Shown one piece after another: positions 48,811 to 60,519 of a stretch of 64,000 nucleotides of DNA. The stretch's first letter is position 1. The number at the start of each line of letters is the position of its first letter. Below the pieces are notes generated by a model, which saw only the letters and a program-made list of their open reading frames with translations, had not been told where the DNA came from and made no database searches. Where the stretch lies: the sequence record ON631220.1, one strand, 5' to 3'. Position numbers and translations under genes: made by a program.

Positions 48811-49999
48811 ATGTCCACATATGCAGAACTATTAATTACCAATAATGAACTCAAAGAGGCTATTGTTTCTGTTGAAGCATATCGCCATCGATTAGCTCGT
48901 TATCAAGATCTGCTAGATGGACGTGACGTAGCATCTGAAGACCTGTCTAAAGCAAATGACATTTGCTTTAGAAAGTATCGATCCCGCCTTCTCCATAAAA
49001 GAAGGCGGTATAATTACACTACGTGCTTTAAAAGATGCATTAGTTCGAGCTGCTAAGGCTGCACGTGATATTGTGCGGATGGTAATCGAAACACTTACGG
49101 CATTCTACGTCAAGTTTACTGGCAGTATTTCACATGTGCGTAAAACACAGCAAAAGTTATCTAGGCGACTTGCAAAACTAGGTAATCGTACGACTAATAC
49201 TCGACTGACTGTTTCTGGTTTACAGCGGCTATCTATTAACGGTGAATTCATTGGCGATCGACCAGATAATCTTTTAGATATCAAAGAAGTCACTAATTAT
49301 ATTTTAATGACTTACCCTAAAATGACTTCTAATATTGCTCGAAATATTAGTAGACAGGCATTGAATATCTTAGATAATCAAGGCGAAGATACTACTACAG
49401 AAATCATTGATGAGTTATTACAATCTTTTGCCGATATCGTGCGTCGTGATTTTAAAGCACCGCCAGGGGATGAACCACTAAAGAAAGGTGAGACTACTTC
49501 TACTGGTACCCATAGAAGTTATATTTTACCAGCTAATCGTGCATTTGTTTATACTGATGCTGACCATATAGCCACATCAGTTACTAATAAACAATCTGCA
49601 CTAGAAATGGTTCGCAATACATTTACGATGGAGTTTACAGAGTTACAAATCAATGCAATTGATAACACTGAACGAGATATAGAAGTACCTTCTGTAACTA
49701 CACTAAGTGATATTGTAACTGGTATTGCTAATATTTTAACGATCGCTGAACGTGCTAAGCAAGGCGAAGTAGAATATAAAACAGTTAAGGTAGTTGTAGA
49801 TGATTCAATTCGACAGCTAGCTGAACGTAGTGAGTTGTTAGGAAGGGCAAATGGCGAGGCAATTAATATGCTCGCTGAGATATCCCGAAAATTAGCAGAA
49901 CCTGTTGGTAACTACACCCATTGGTTAGCAGTAACTCTTAAAGTCTGGTTAACATTTGTTAGTCACTGCATTACTCACTATGAGAATGAAGGTATTTAA
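48811..49999 (+). CDS. Internal head protein gp163-like; as sequenced it is split by a +1 frameshift near 48955 (ORFs 48811-49056 and 48956-49999)
   Basis: Removing one A from GCAAATGACA gives a 395-aa ORF with EDLSKAMTFALESID, matching the gp162 segment HDLAKAISIALESFD. AGGT SD at the upstream start. Confidence 0.8.
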
Positions 50000-50001
50000 C
50001 A

Positions 50002-50036
50002 GCATAATCCCTCCCGCAATGGGAGGGCATTATGTT
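50002..50036. terminator. Bidirectional terminator CCCTCCC-GCAAT-GGGAGGG
   Basis: Lies between convergent genes. Confidence 0.88.
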
Positions 50037-50038
50037 CT

Positions 50039-51211
<1,173 letters not shown>

Positions 51212-51260
51212 TTACTAGGGTTATTAACTCTATAGAGTAAGACATTATTAAGGGTTAATC

Positions 51261-53753
51261 ATGCAGATCAAGCTACTTAAGCTAATTGGCTATACTAGGT
51301 TGATGGCCAATAATACACATTATTTTGAATGGACTCCAAGCAAACAGATGATGGTTATACTTGGTAGTAATGGTTCTGGCAAATCATCTATTATTAGTGA
51401 ACTGACACCTGTTGTATCTAGCAGTTCAAACTTCAAGCAAGGTGGCGAGAAACATTTCCATTGTCATGCAAATGGTAAAGACTATAAATTAATTTCTAAA
51501 TATAACCGTGGCACTGGACATCATTCCTTTTTATGTAATGATGAAGAATTAAATAGTGGTCATACCTTTAAAGAACAAGAAGAACTTGTAATGGCGCATT
51601 TCGGGTTAAACCGAGAACTGCATGAAATGTTGACAGGTAAGATGCGTTTTACAAAGTTAAAACCTAATGAACGTAAAGCATGGTTAACTAGAATGTCTGT
51701 AGTTAACCTTGATTATGCATTTAATGTTTATAACAAAGTACGTAAAGAATTATCTAACCAGCAAGGTACTGTTAAAACAATTAATAAGCGATTGGTCACA
51801 GAACACCATGGGGTATTGAATGATTCAGAAATGACACAGTTGAAAGAAGTGAAACAACGGTTAGTTAGCCGTATTGATTTACTTTATAAAACACGTGATA
51901 AGAAAGGTGTCCTTCATTTTAGAGATGAAACTACTGCACGTAAAGAATTAGATTCTATCTTAGATGAAGCTCGTTCATTGTTAATGTCATTTCCAATGTT
52001 ACCTATTCAAGTTAAAGTAGATGGGTATGAATCATTCTTAGAACTAAATAATAAGAAGATTGAGGAATATAAATCTATACAAGCAGTTATTGCACGTTTA
52101 GTTGAAGAATTAGAGGAATTAAAAAGCTCTAATCCGAATACAGCTGAACGTATGTCTCCAGAAGAAATACAAGAACTTAAGGATAGACATGAACATCATA
52201 CACGCATTGCTGAAGAAGCTATTAGTAAATATAAAAAGTATACCGGTAGATTTCCTTTGGTTGACATTTCTGTTAACGGTGATCCATCTGGTAAACTTAC
52301 TGATCTCTCAGATCGTTGGATCAAACTTCTCACTACATTCCCTAATAATGAGAATGGTTACTTAAGTAAAGAAACTGCTATTAAAAATGCAGAAAGGCTA
52401 AAAGAATTAAAAAGTAAATATTCAACCATGGAAGGCATGTATTTACAAATTAATCAACGCCTAAATTCATTTAAGGAATGTGCGTCTATTACTTGCCCAT
52501 CATGCACTCATTCATTTAAACCTGGTGTTAGTGAACAAGATATCACAATAGCAGAAGAGCGCAAAGCTAAGTTAGATGAAGCGATGGATAGCTGTTCAAA
52601 TGAGATCAAGGTTCTTGAACAGTACATGACTGACTTCAATGAATATGTAAGTTATGTACATGGCTACGTTCAATTAACGAAAGAGTATAACGAATTTGAT
52701 ACATTATGGAACTATGTAGCTGAACATGTCGTAATGTATCGCACACCAGCAAAATATATAAATGATGCATTAGACTGGCGAGATGCAATGCAGCAACTCA
52801 TTGTCTCTAAGCAAGCTCATGCGGAAGCTACTTTATTAGCTCAACGACTACGTGTTATTGCTGAGATGGATCAAGATGCATTAGGGTTCATTAAGGCACG
52901 TACAACTGCACTAGAAACTGAAATTAATAATAAAACACATGTAGCAGCTGACTTACAAAGAAAAGCATCTCATTTCAATAAAGCTGGTAATGCTATTCGT
53001 GAATGGGAAGATAAGTATCATTCTTTTATTGAACGATGGGAGCAGTTTATTAAAAAGATAGTGGATACAGCTGATAACTTTGTAGATAAGGCATACCAAG
53101 CAGAGATTGATGCTGTTAACTTAGAACTATCTAGTGTGCATAGTCGTTTAAGTGAAATGGAACGTCATGAAGAACGTATTAAAGTTTTAGAATCAGAAGT
53201 TAACCATGCACAACAAATGGCTACTGATTTAGCTATTCTTGAAAAAGCATTATCACCAAAAAGTGGTATTCTTGGTCGCTATTTATTAGGTTTCTTACAA
53301 GGAGTAGTTAAACTAGTAAATGCATACATCAATGAGATTTGGACTTATAGGTTAGAAGTATTACCTTCTAATGTTGACAAAGATGGCATGGATTATAAGT
53401 TCCCAATGCATATTGCAGGTGGTGACGTTCAGCCACCGGACATTGAATACGGGTCTGACTCACAATTAGAGATTGTTGATTTTGCTTTTAGAATGGCTAT
53501 CTTGAAATTTTTACATCTAGATGACATGCCCCTTTTCTTAGATGAATTTAGCAGGACTTTTGATGAACAACATCGAGCCAATGCTATTCCATTCATTAAC
53601 AGGTTAATTGAAAATGGCATTGTTAATCAAGTGTTCTTCATCAGCCACTTTGAATCAACACACGGTGCATTTAACCAAGCTGAATTTATTGTACTTGATC
53701 CAGCTAATATTAGTACTCCAGAAGTATTTAATAAAAATCTAGTATTAAAATAA
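51261..53753 (+). CDS. sbcC: SbcC/Rad50-like SMC ATPase (phiKZ gp165)
   Basis: Walker A GSNGSGKS, coiled coils, CPSC zinc hook, GSDSQ signature, Walker B LFLDE and H-loop FISH. Confidence 0.93.
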   Translation: MQIKLLKLIGYTRLMANNTHYFEWTPSKQMMVILGSNGSGKSSIISELTPVVSSSSNFKQGGEKHFHCHANGKDYKLISKYNRGTGHHSFLCNDEELNSGHTFKEQEELVMAHFGLNRELHEMLTGKMRFTKLKPNERKAWLTRMSVVNLDYAFNVYNKVRKELSNQQGTVKTINKRLVTEHHGVLNDSEMTQLKEVKQRLVSRIDLLYKTRDKKGVLHFRDETTARKELDSILDEARSLLMSFPMLPIQVKVDGYESFLELNNKKIEEYKSIQAVIARLVEELEELKSSNPNTAERMSPEEIQELKDRHEHHTRIAEEAISKYKKYTGRFPLVDISVNGDPSGKLTDLSDRWIKLLTTFPNNENGYLSKETAIKNAERLKELKSKYSTMEGMYLQINQRLNSFKECASITCPSCTHSFKPGVSEQDITIAEERKAKLDEAMDSCSNEIKVLEQYMTDFNEYVSYVHGYVQLTKEYNEFDTLWNYVAEHVVMYRTPAKYINDALDWRDAMQQLIVSKQAHAEATLLAQRLRVIAEMDQDALGFIKARTTALETEINNKTHVAADLQRKASHFNKAGNAIREWEDKYHSFIERWEQFIKKIVDTADNFVDKAYQAEIDAVNLELSSVHSRLSEMERHEERIKVLESEVNHAQQMATDLAILEKALSPKSGILGRYLLGFLQGVVKLVNAYINEIWTYRLEVLPSNVDKDGMDYKFPMHIAGGDVQPPDIEYGSDSQLEIVDFAFRMAILKFLHLDDMPLFLDEFSRTFDEQHRANAIPFINRLIENGIVNQVFFISHFESTHGAFNQAEFIVLDPANISTPEVFNKNLVLK

Positions 53754-53762
53754 TTATAAGCA

Positions 53763-53795
53763 ACATAAGCCCTCCCGCAATGGGAGGGCATTATA
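53763..53795. terminator. Bidirectional terminator GCCCTCCC-GCAAT-GGGAGGGC
   Basis: Lies between sbcC and the convergent 58-aa ORF. Confidence 0.88.
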
Positions 53796-53972
53796 TTAGT
53801 AACTATCTTTATAAGTGCTATTAAGTGAAACACTTTCAAAACTCTTTTTATTTTTATCAGCCTCAACAAAGTCTTTACCAACTGATTGTGGTACACCAAC
53901 TTTCTTAGCAAACTTCTTATCATTGGCTACAGCAGCCATGAAGTTATGTTGTTTTTTACTTTTACTAGGCAT
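53796..53972 (-). CDS. Small basic protein, 58 aa (MPSKSKKQHNFMAAVANDKKFAKKVGVPQSVGKDF...), absent from the ORF track
   Basis: Hand-translated; GAGGA SD; the stop abuts the terminator. Confidence 0.8.
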   Translation of the reverse strand: MPSKSKKQHNFMAAVANDKKFAKKVGVPQSVGKDFVEADKNKKSFESVSLNSTYKDSY

Positions 53973-53998
53973 CGTATATTCCTCTAAGTTTTCACAAC

Positions 53999-54029
53999 TA
54001 CACTAAAAAATAATTAAGATATATATTAC
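53999..54029 (+). promoter_or_regulatory. Early promoter (TATATTAC at 54022-54029)
   Basis: TACACTAAAAAA-TAATTAAGA-TATATATTAC; same layout as the other two early promoters. Confidence 0.8.
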
Positions 54030-54063
54030 TACTATGCATACAATATCTTAAGAGGTTAATGAC

Positions 54064-54459
54064 ATGTTTAATCAACAATATAATCCAAATAGTTCAGCTA
54101 AGGTAATGGAGACATTACATGCCTGTGCTAAACTTATTAAGGAAATGTTTTATTATAATGATCAATATGTTCAAGTAGAATCGGCTTATACAGATGATCC
54201 AATCCAAGCATCCATTGAAACAGTAAATGATGGGTATTACAGATTAGTTATTCAAGACACCACACCAGATAGTACGTGGCCAGTGTGGGCAGTTGTTTTT
54301 ATCAGACAACGTGGTGGAGATATTAAGTGTCTCCATATTATCAATCGTATTACTGGAGTATCTGCAAATATAGATACGCAATTCAACTGTGATTCTTTTT
54401 ACTCTGTTATTGATTTACTATTAGATCATTATCGAGTATTAACTTCGATGGAATACTGA
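54064..54459 (+). CDS. Early hypothetical protein
   Basis: 131 aa with a GAGGT SD, downstream of the early promoter. Confidence 0.8.
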   Translation: MFNQQYNPNSSAKVMETLHACAKLIKEMFYYNDQYVQVESAYTDDPIQASIETVNDGYYRLVIQDTTPDSTWPVWAVVFIRQRGGDIKCLHIINRITGVSANIDTQFNCDSFYSVIDLLLDHYRVLTSMEY

Positions 54460-54463
54460 TATA

Positions 54464-54497
54464 CATATTACCCTCTCCTTCGGGAGGGGGTTTATAT
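54464..54497 (+). terminator. Terminator CCCTCTCC-TTCG-GGAGGGGG
   Basis: TTCG-loop hairpin with a T-rich tail. Confidence 0.8.
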
Positions 54498-54511
54498 CGC
54501 ATTAATTTTTT

Positions 54512-54547
54512 TATTACACTAAAAAAAGTTTAAGATCTATATTACAG
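54512..54547 (+). promoter_or_regulatory. Early promoter (TATATTAC at 54538-54545)
   Basis: 35/36 identical to 2800-2835. Confidence 0.85.
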
Positions 54548-54600
54548 ACATGTATCTATATTGGATACTTATTAAAACTTAATGATTAGGAAAATAGAAA

Positions 54601-54807
54601 ATGAAAGTACTAAAGATCGCAGCTGCAATTATCTCAACTGGTGCCCTCGCTGTTGCCGCTATTAATCTATATAAGGCCGTTTCTAAATCAACCGTTATTG
54701 ATGACACCGTAGCTGATGATGATACGGTACTAGACAGTGAAGTAGATATTCTAACTGATGAGCTAGATAAAATCGATATTGATGATAGTGCTCAACAAGT
54801 CGATTAA
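54601..54807 (+). CDS. Early small protein: N-terminal hydrophobic helix plus acidic tail
   Basis: 68 aa with an AGGA SD. Confidence 0.75.
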   Translation: MKVLKIAAAIISTGALAVAAINLYKAVSKSTVIDDTVADDDTVLDSEVDILTDELDKIDIDDSAQQVD

Positions 54808-54825
54808 ATAATAGGGTTATCGCTA

Positions 54826-55254
54826 ATGGCGGCATTCACTTTAGCAAACTTAATGGGTGAGCTAAAGAAGAGTTCCGTCATTGACTTATTCAACGATGGA
54901 AAGGTCAAGGCAGAACTCTATCCAGCTCATATGACATATATGGGTAGTGTGGTTGACTTACATCGTGTAGGCGATACATTCAGCTTCTATGTTGCAGATG
55001 GACATGGAGGCGTCACACGCTATCCATGTAGTAATCAGATTCTTGAATCGATAACATTAGAACCAGATGTTTATTATAAGTTAACTGGTAAAAAAGTTAT
55101 TGAGAAAAGAATTGAATTACCAGCTGTTACAGTACCAATTGAAGAACCCGCTAAGCGCATGCCGCTGGAAACAATCACATCAGTTGCTGTTATTGGCGGG
55201 TTTATTTTGTACGTTGGTACACGGTTTTATAAAGCATGTAAAAAATTAAAATAA
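54826..55254 (+). CDS. Early protein with a C-terminal TM anchor
   Basis: 142 aa; ITSVAVIGGFILYVG followed by a basic tail. Confidence 0.8.
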   Translation: MAAFTLANLMGELKKSSVIDLFNDGKVKAELYPAHMTYMGSVVDLHRVGDTFSFYVADGHGGVTRYPCSNQILESITLEPDVYYKLTGKKVIEKRIELPAVTVPIEEPAKRMPLETITSVAVIGGFILYVGTRFYKACKKLK

Positions 55255-55261
55255 TACGGTC

Positions 55262-55960
55262 ATGCAGTATACTTTAGGTACAATAACCCTAGAGGAAACT
55301 GCAATGGCCGTATTAGACCGTCAATTTAATATTCGTTTAAATGGTGCTGATTTAGATAAACAAAAGCGAATTATTAAAGAAATTTATACCAGGATTGCAA
55401 ATGTTAATAACACAGTAATCAATGGTACTACTGTAAGACTGATTTTATTTGTTAAAGCTAATGGCCAAGTGGCTACTGGAAGTGATGCTATTAAACTAAT
55501 CAACGATGCAGAAACTAATCTACAGGCGTGGGTTCTTTCTAATCGCTTTATCTTTAAATGGATGTTTAGTCATGCTAGTGATTTTGGTGCAATCTCTTCC
55601 AATTTTGAAGAAGTTTCACCAGGTGTTTATGATTGGAGTAAACGCCGTAGCTTTAATAAAGAATTCGATGATGAGCTAGCTAAAGCAAAAGAACGAAAAC
55701 TAATTCGTCAAAATAAACCTACTCTATTTAAAACTATTAAGAAAGTAGGTAAAGCTGCATATGAAACTATTTCAGATAACTCAACTGCTATTGTAAGTTT
55801 AACTGCTATTGGACTATTAGCTCTCAAAGTAACATCTGATCATAATCAAGTTATTAACCAAATGAAAGTTATTAAGAAATCAATTGGTAATATTGAGCTA
55901 CCACCTGTCGAAGTAATCGTAAATACAGTTGGTGATGTATTAGATATCGATTTGTATTAA
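55262..55960 (+). CDS. Early hypothetical protein with a hydrophobic segment near the C-terminus
   Basis: 232 aa; AIVSLTAIGLLAL segment. Confidence 0.8.
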   Translation: MQYTLGTITLEETAMAVLDRQFNIRLNGADLDKQKRIIKEIYTRIANVNNTVINGTTVRLILFVKANGQVATGSDAIKLINDAETNLQAWVLSNRFIFKWMFSHASDFGAISSNFEEVSPGVYDWSKRRSFNKEFDDELAKAKERKLIRQNKPTLFKTIKKVGKAAYETISDNSTAIVSLTAIGLLALKVTSDHNQVINQMKVIKKSIGNIELPPVEVIVNTVGDVLDIDLY

Positions 55961-55962
55961 GT

Positions 55963-55998
55963 GCATAACGCCCTCCCGTAATGGGAGGGCTATATGTC
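55963..55998. terminator. Bidirectional terminator GCCCTCCC-GTAAT-GGGAGGGC
   Basis: Lies between convergent genes. Confidence 0.88.
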
Positions 55999-56005
55999 GT
56001 TAATA

Positions 56006-56521
56006 TCAGTCGTTTTCTAATTCTTTTTCTCGTGCAGCATCCATCCGTTCCATAAATGCATTGGACTCCTCCATGATGATACCGATTTCAGTTTCACCTT
56101 CTTCAATAGTGTAATTCTCAAATTCCTCATCAGGGATATCTGGAATCTCACGTGGTGTTACTGGTCCATCATTCGGATCACGTATTAATGGATTACGGTT
56201 CATCTGCATCTTAACGAATTCAGCAAAGCCTTCAGCAAGTTCACGGTTAGAACGCGCACCTTCAGAATCAACTTGGATACGCCGGTTAGCAATTGTTGTC
56301 TTATCCATTGAATCTGTTAATTTAAGAATCATATCAACTGATTCTTTGTCAGTAGGTACTTTGCCTGTAGTATTCTCTAACACTGCTTTTAGTACTTTCT
56401 CTTTGACTGATTGTGTATACCGTATCTGCTGCTCATATTCTAGATCAGCATATACCTTTTCTTCTGTAGCGGATGATTTCTTTTCTAAAGGTTCATCAGG
56501 TAAATCTGCACCATGGAACAT
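56006..56521 (-). CDS. Acidic helical hypothetical protein
   Basis: 171 aa with a GAGGA SD. Confidence 0.82.
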   Translation of the reverse strand: MFHGADLPDEPLEKKSSATEEKVYADLEYEQQIRYTQSVKEKVLKAVLENTTGKVPTDKESVDMILKLTDSMDKTTIANRRIQVDSEGARSNRELAEGFAEFVKMQMNRNPLIRDPNDGPVTPREIPDIPDEEFENYTIEEGETEIGIIMEESNAFMERMDAAREKELEND

Positions 56522-56600
56522 TTTATTATCCTCTAATTAGTAATAGTAATACCTAACATACTTACCATATGCTAAGTATCTGAAAAATAGGTCCTATATC

Positions 56601-57125
56601 ATGTTTAAGAAAATTATTCAATATTTCCGGGGCTTCCAAAAGGAAGTTGGTAAAGAACAACTTCTAATTGAATTAGAACGGATAGATAAAGATATTATTT
56701 CAGGTGAAGAACGATTAAAAGCTATTAATAATTTCTGGCAATTAATTAATCTGGATGAATTAAAAACTCTGACAATCAGGAAGATGATGGGTGTTCCTGT
56801 CTATCTAAGACATTACAGTATTGGTTATTTATTAGATGCTCTAACCAGGTTAAATGATCATATTGCAAATGAAGATGATCTAAAGATTAGTGAAATGTGC
56901 CGTAATGAGTTTATCGACAGGAAATCAATTGACCTTGATGAATATTTTATAAACAGTAATGATAGTTTTATTGATGTATGTAAATCTATTAAAACTATGC
57001 GTGACCTAATTTGGCAACAAACTGAATATCTTGAACAGATTAACCATCAGGCATATCAGCGTCAGATGGATAGAATGTACTATGATATTATTGAACTATC
57101 AAGAGCAATTATTAAGTTACTGTGA
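56601..57125 (+). CDS. Hypothetical helical protein
   Basis: 174 aa with an AGGT SD. Confidence 0.8.
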   Translation: MFKKIIQYFRGFQKEVGKEQLLIELERIDKDIISGEERLKAINNFWQLINLDELKTLTIRKMMGVPVYLRHYSIGYLLDALTRLNDHIANEDDLKISEMCRNEFIDRKSIDLDEYFINSNDSFIDVCKSIKTMRDLIWQQTEYLEQINHQAYQRQMDRMYYDIIELSRAIIKLL

Positions 57126-57195
57126 GGTGCAGACTATACAAGTATAAATTAATATAAAGTGTGTTTATTATCAATTCACCGTAGGTGTAAAAAAG

Positions 57196-57957
57196 ATGGA
57201 ATCTGTAAAAGACTTATTAAGCGATCCTCAAAAAGGATTAAGGCAGGCTGAAGGGGTTTTGTGTTATGTTTTCCGAGAAGTATTACTGTGGAGGAATATG
57301 ACACAGTTTGCTTGGGATAAACGTTTGAATGCATATTTTCAAAAACCACATAACAAGAATAACCCAGATAAAGGTAATCTTAATAAAGCACTTAAAGCTG
57401 ATACAATGAGTTGGGATGGCTTTAAGAAAGCTATTGATTTCTTATCACCTGTTAAAGCAACATTAGAGGTACGTCTGATTTGGGGTACATCAAAACCTGA
57501 TTCAGTTTATACGATCAATATTGATCCAACTGAAGATGAGGTAACTTGCTCTGCAAATGATTTCCCCTATGAAGAATGTGAAATTTTTAAGAATCAAAAA
57601 CCAGCTACAACTACAATGGCCCATCTGTATAGGCATATTCTCTGGAAAGAAGGAATTAACCAGGAGAAGTGGGATAAGCTATGGGAAGAGTTTTTAAATA
57701 ATCCAGTCAACCTTGTTGGATTAGATAAAAAGAAACTTACTTCATTGGCTAATACACAAAGGCGTGGTTTACTATCACCCAATATGTCTTGGAATACATT
57801 AAGACGTGGATTCCTACTGCTACGGCCTAAAGAGGAGAGATATACTCTTTCTCTACAATGGACTGATGATCCTAATCTTCGAGATAAACTAGAGGACAGT
57901 GTACATATTGTTCCTGTACCTGATCCTCATTGGGTGGAGCCTAATTCAGATGAATAA
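57196..57957 (+). CDS. Hypothetical protein with an internal domain duplication
   Basis: 253 aa; two similar halves (see findings); AGGTG SD. Confidence 0.82.
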   Translation: MESVKDLLSDPQKGLRQAEGVLCYVFREVLLWRNMTQFAWDKRLNAYFQKPHNKNNPDKGNLNKALKADTMSWDGFKKAIDFLSPVKATLEVRLIWGTSKPDSVYTINIDPTEDEVTCSANDFPYEECEIFKNQKPATTTMAHLYRHILWKEGINQEKWDKLWEEFLNNPVNLVGLDKKKLTSLANTQRRGLLSPNMSWNTLRRGFLLLRPKEERYTLSLQWTDDPNLRDKLEDSVHIVPVPDPHWVEPNSDE

Positions 57958-58384
57958 TCCAGAAACCCCATGGGTACAAAATAATTATCCTGTAGATAGT
58001 ATCATTGTAGATCAGAGCGGTAATACACCGCTCCCTGATCTATTTCAGTTTAATGGAAAAGAGAAGAAGACCACACTTGATAATGAGAATTTCTTTTCAT
58101 TCAAAGGTCTTCGGATGTATCTCATCACTGGTAAAAAAGAAAAGGCTTTTCTTCAACCAGAAGTCAATTCTCATTATAAACTAGATTATGGTTTAAAATA
58201 CCAATATGTAGATGGACTTACTAATATCCTTCGTGATACCCTATTATTAAATCTTAATAGTCGACCATTCGTTCTATTTAAAGCTAAAAATCTCGGCGCT
58301 TTATCACTACAAGGTCCAAATCCAACAATTCAGGAAAAAGAATGGTTTGATGTGGTATGCGAAGTAATTAAATCAATTAGATAG
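57950..58384 (+). CDS. Hypothetical protein
   Basis: Start moved to ATG 57950 (GGAG SD, overlapping the upstream stop); 144 aa. Confidence 0.75.
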   Translation: MNNPETPWVQNNYPVDSIIVDQSGNTPLPDLFQFNGKEKKTTLDNENFFSFKGLRMYLITGKKEKAFLQPEVNSHYKLDYGLKYQYVDGLTNILRDTLLLNLNSRPFVLFKAKNLGALSLQGPNPTIQEKEWFDVVCEVIKSIR

Positions 58385-58394
58385 GAATAGTGTA

Positions 58395-59321
58395 ATGCAG
58401 AATAGTCATAGTTTCGAAATTAGTAAAAAGATGAATTTTCTATTACAGGTAGAAGCATGTATTAATGTACTATATCAGAAAAGACAGATTATGTCAATTG
58501 ATCAATTCTCAAAGGAACTGATCAATGAATCTTCAGATGTAGTTAAACAGGCTATCACTGAACTATATACAACATATCCATTCCAAGATGAAACTAACCC
58601 AAAACGGCAAAACCTTCGTCTAGCTATATTTATCCACGATAATGATGTTAGTTGGATTAGTTCAATTCTAGGTGTAGATGAGTTTAAAAATGTTTTAAGG
58701 CACGCGGGTATTTTTTATAATTATGCTAGTAGTGCCGAGACTGCTGTTCAGCGTAATTATTATGCGTCTTTACCAGATTACCGTGACTACATGTATGCTA
58801 TCTATGAAGAAGCATTCAACCGCGTTGCCCCACTAGTCAATAAGTATTTAGATATCGATGCACATGACAGTGTTTCATTTTTAGAACCACCCCATACTCT
58901 ACCAAAAAAGAGTGTATCTATTAAAGATATTATTGATCCATTTGGTCCATATAAACCTAATTACTATATTAGTGATATTTATAGTGCGCAAGCTACACAA
59001 GTAACAGAAAATACATATATCGCAGTTAATACATTTATCCGTACTGCTGTATATGAAAGACTATGCGCCGAAGGCGATACTGTAGATAAGATTGTTATTT
59101 CAGATAAACAAAGCATTATTAATGATGAGGATTATATTAAACTAGTCCAAGATAAGATTAATGCGTTCCATAAAGAAATGGTAGATAATGATTTTATACT
59201 GTATGCACCGCTTAATGGATCCCGTCTAATTTATGTAATGAGGGCTAAATATCCGATTAAAGTTACTATTAGTTGTAAAGGATTCAAGCATATTGGAAAA
59301 TTTATCACTTATAAAAAATAG
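58395..59321 (+). CDS. Hypothetical protein
   Basis: 308 aa with an AGGA SD. Confidence 0.82.
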   Translation: MQNSHSFEISKKMNFLLQVEACINVLYQKRQIMSIDQFSKELINESSDVVKQAITELYTTYPFQDETNPKRQNLRLAIFIHDNDVSWISSILGVDEFKNVLRHAGIFYNYASSAETAVQRNYYASLPDYRDYMYAIYEEAFNRVAPLVNKYLDIDAHDSVSFLEPPHTLPKKSVSIKDIIDPFGPYKPNYYISDIYSAQATQVTENTYIAVNTFIRTAVYERLCAEGDTVDKIVISDKQSIINDEDYIKLVQDKINAFHKEMVDNDFILYAPLNGSRLIYVMRAKYPIKVTISCKGFKHIGKFITYKK

Positions 59322-59331
59322 TAGTTTCTAA

Positions 59332-60468
<1,137 letters not shown>

Positions 60469-60470
60469 CA

Positions 60471-60515
60471 GCATAAGCCCTCCCATTGCGGGAGGGCATT
60501 ATGTCTTTTTTTTTA
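60471..60515. terminator. Bidirectional terminator GCCCTCCC-ATTGC-GGGAGGGC
   Basis: Lies between convergent genes and is followed by a long T-tract. Confidence 0.9.
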
Positions 60516-60519
60516 TTTT

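Noticed and set aside
48811-49056. Independent 81-aa protein
   Set aside because: Its last ~33 residues are out-of-frame sequence of gp163; better explained as the frameshifted 5' part.
53627-54006. ORF-track calls 53627..53923 (-) and 53815..54006 (+)
   Set aside because: They cross the terminator or lack an SD; the 58-aa minus-strand ORF fits the SD and terminator exactly.
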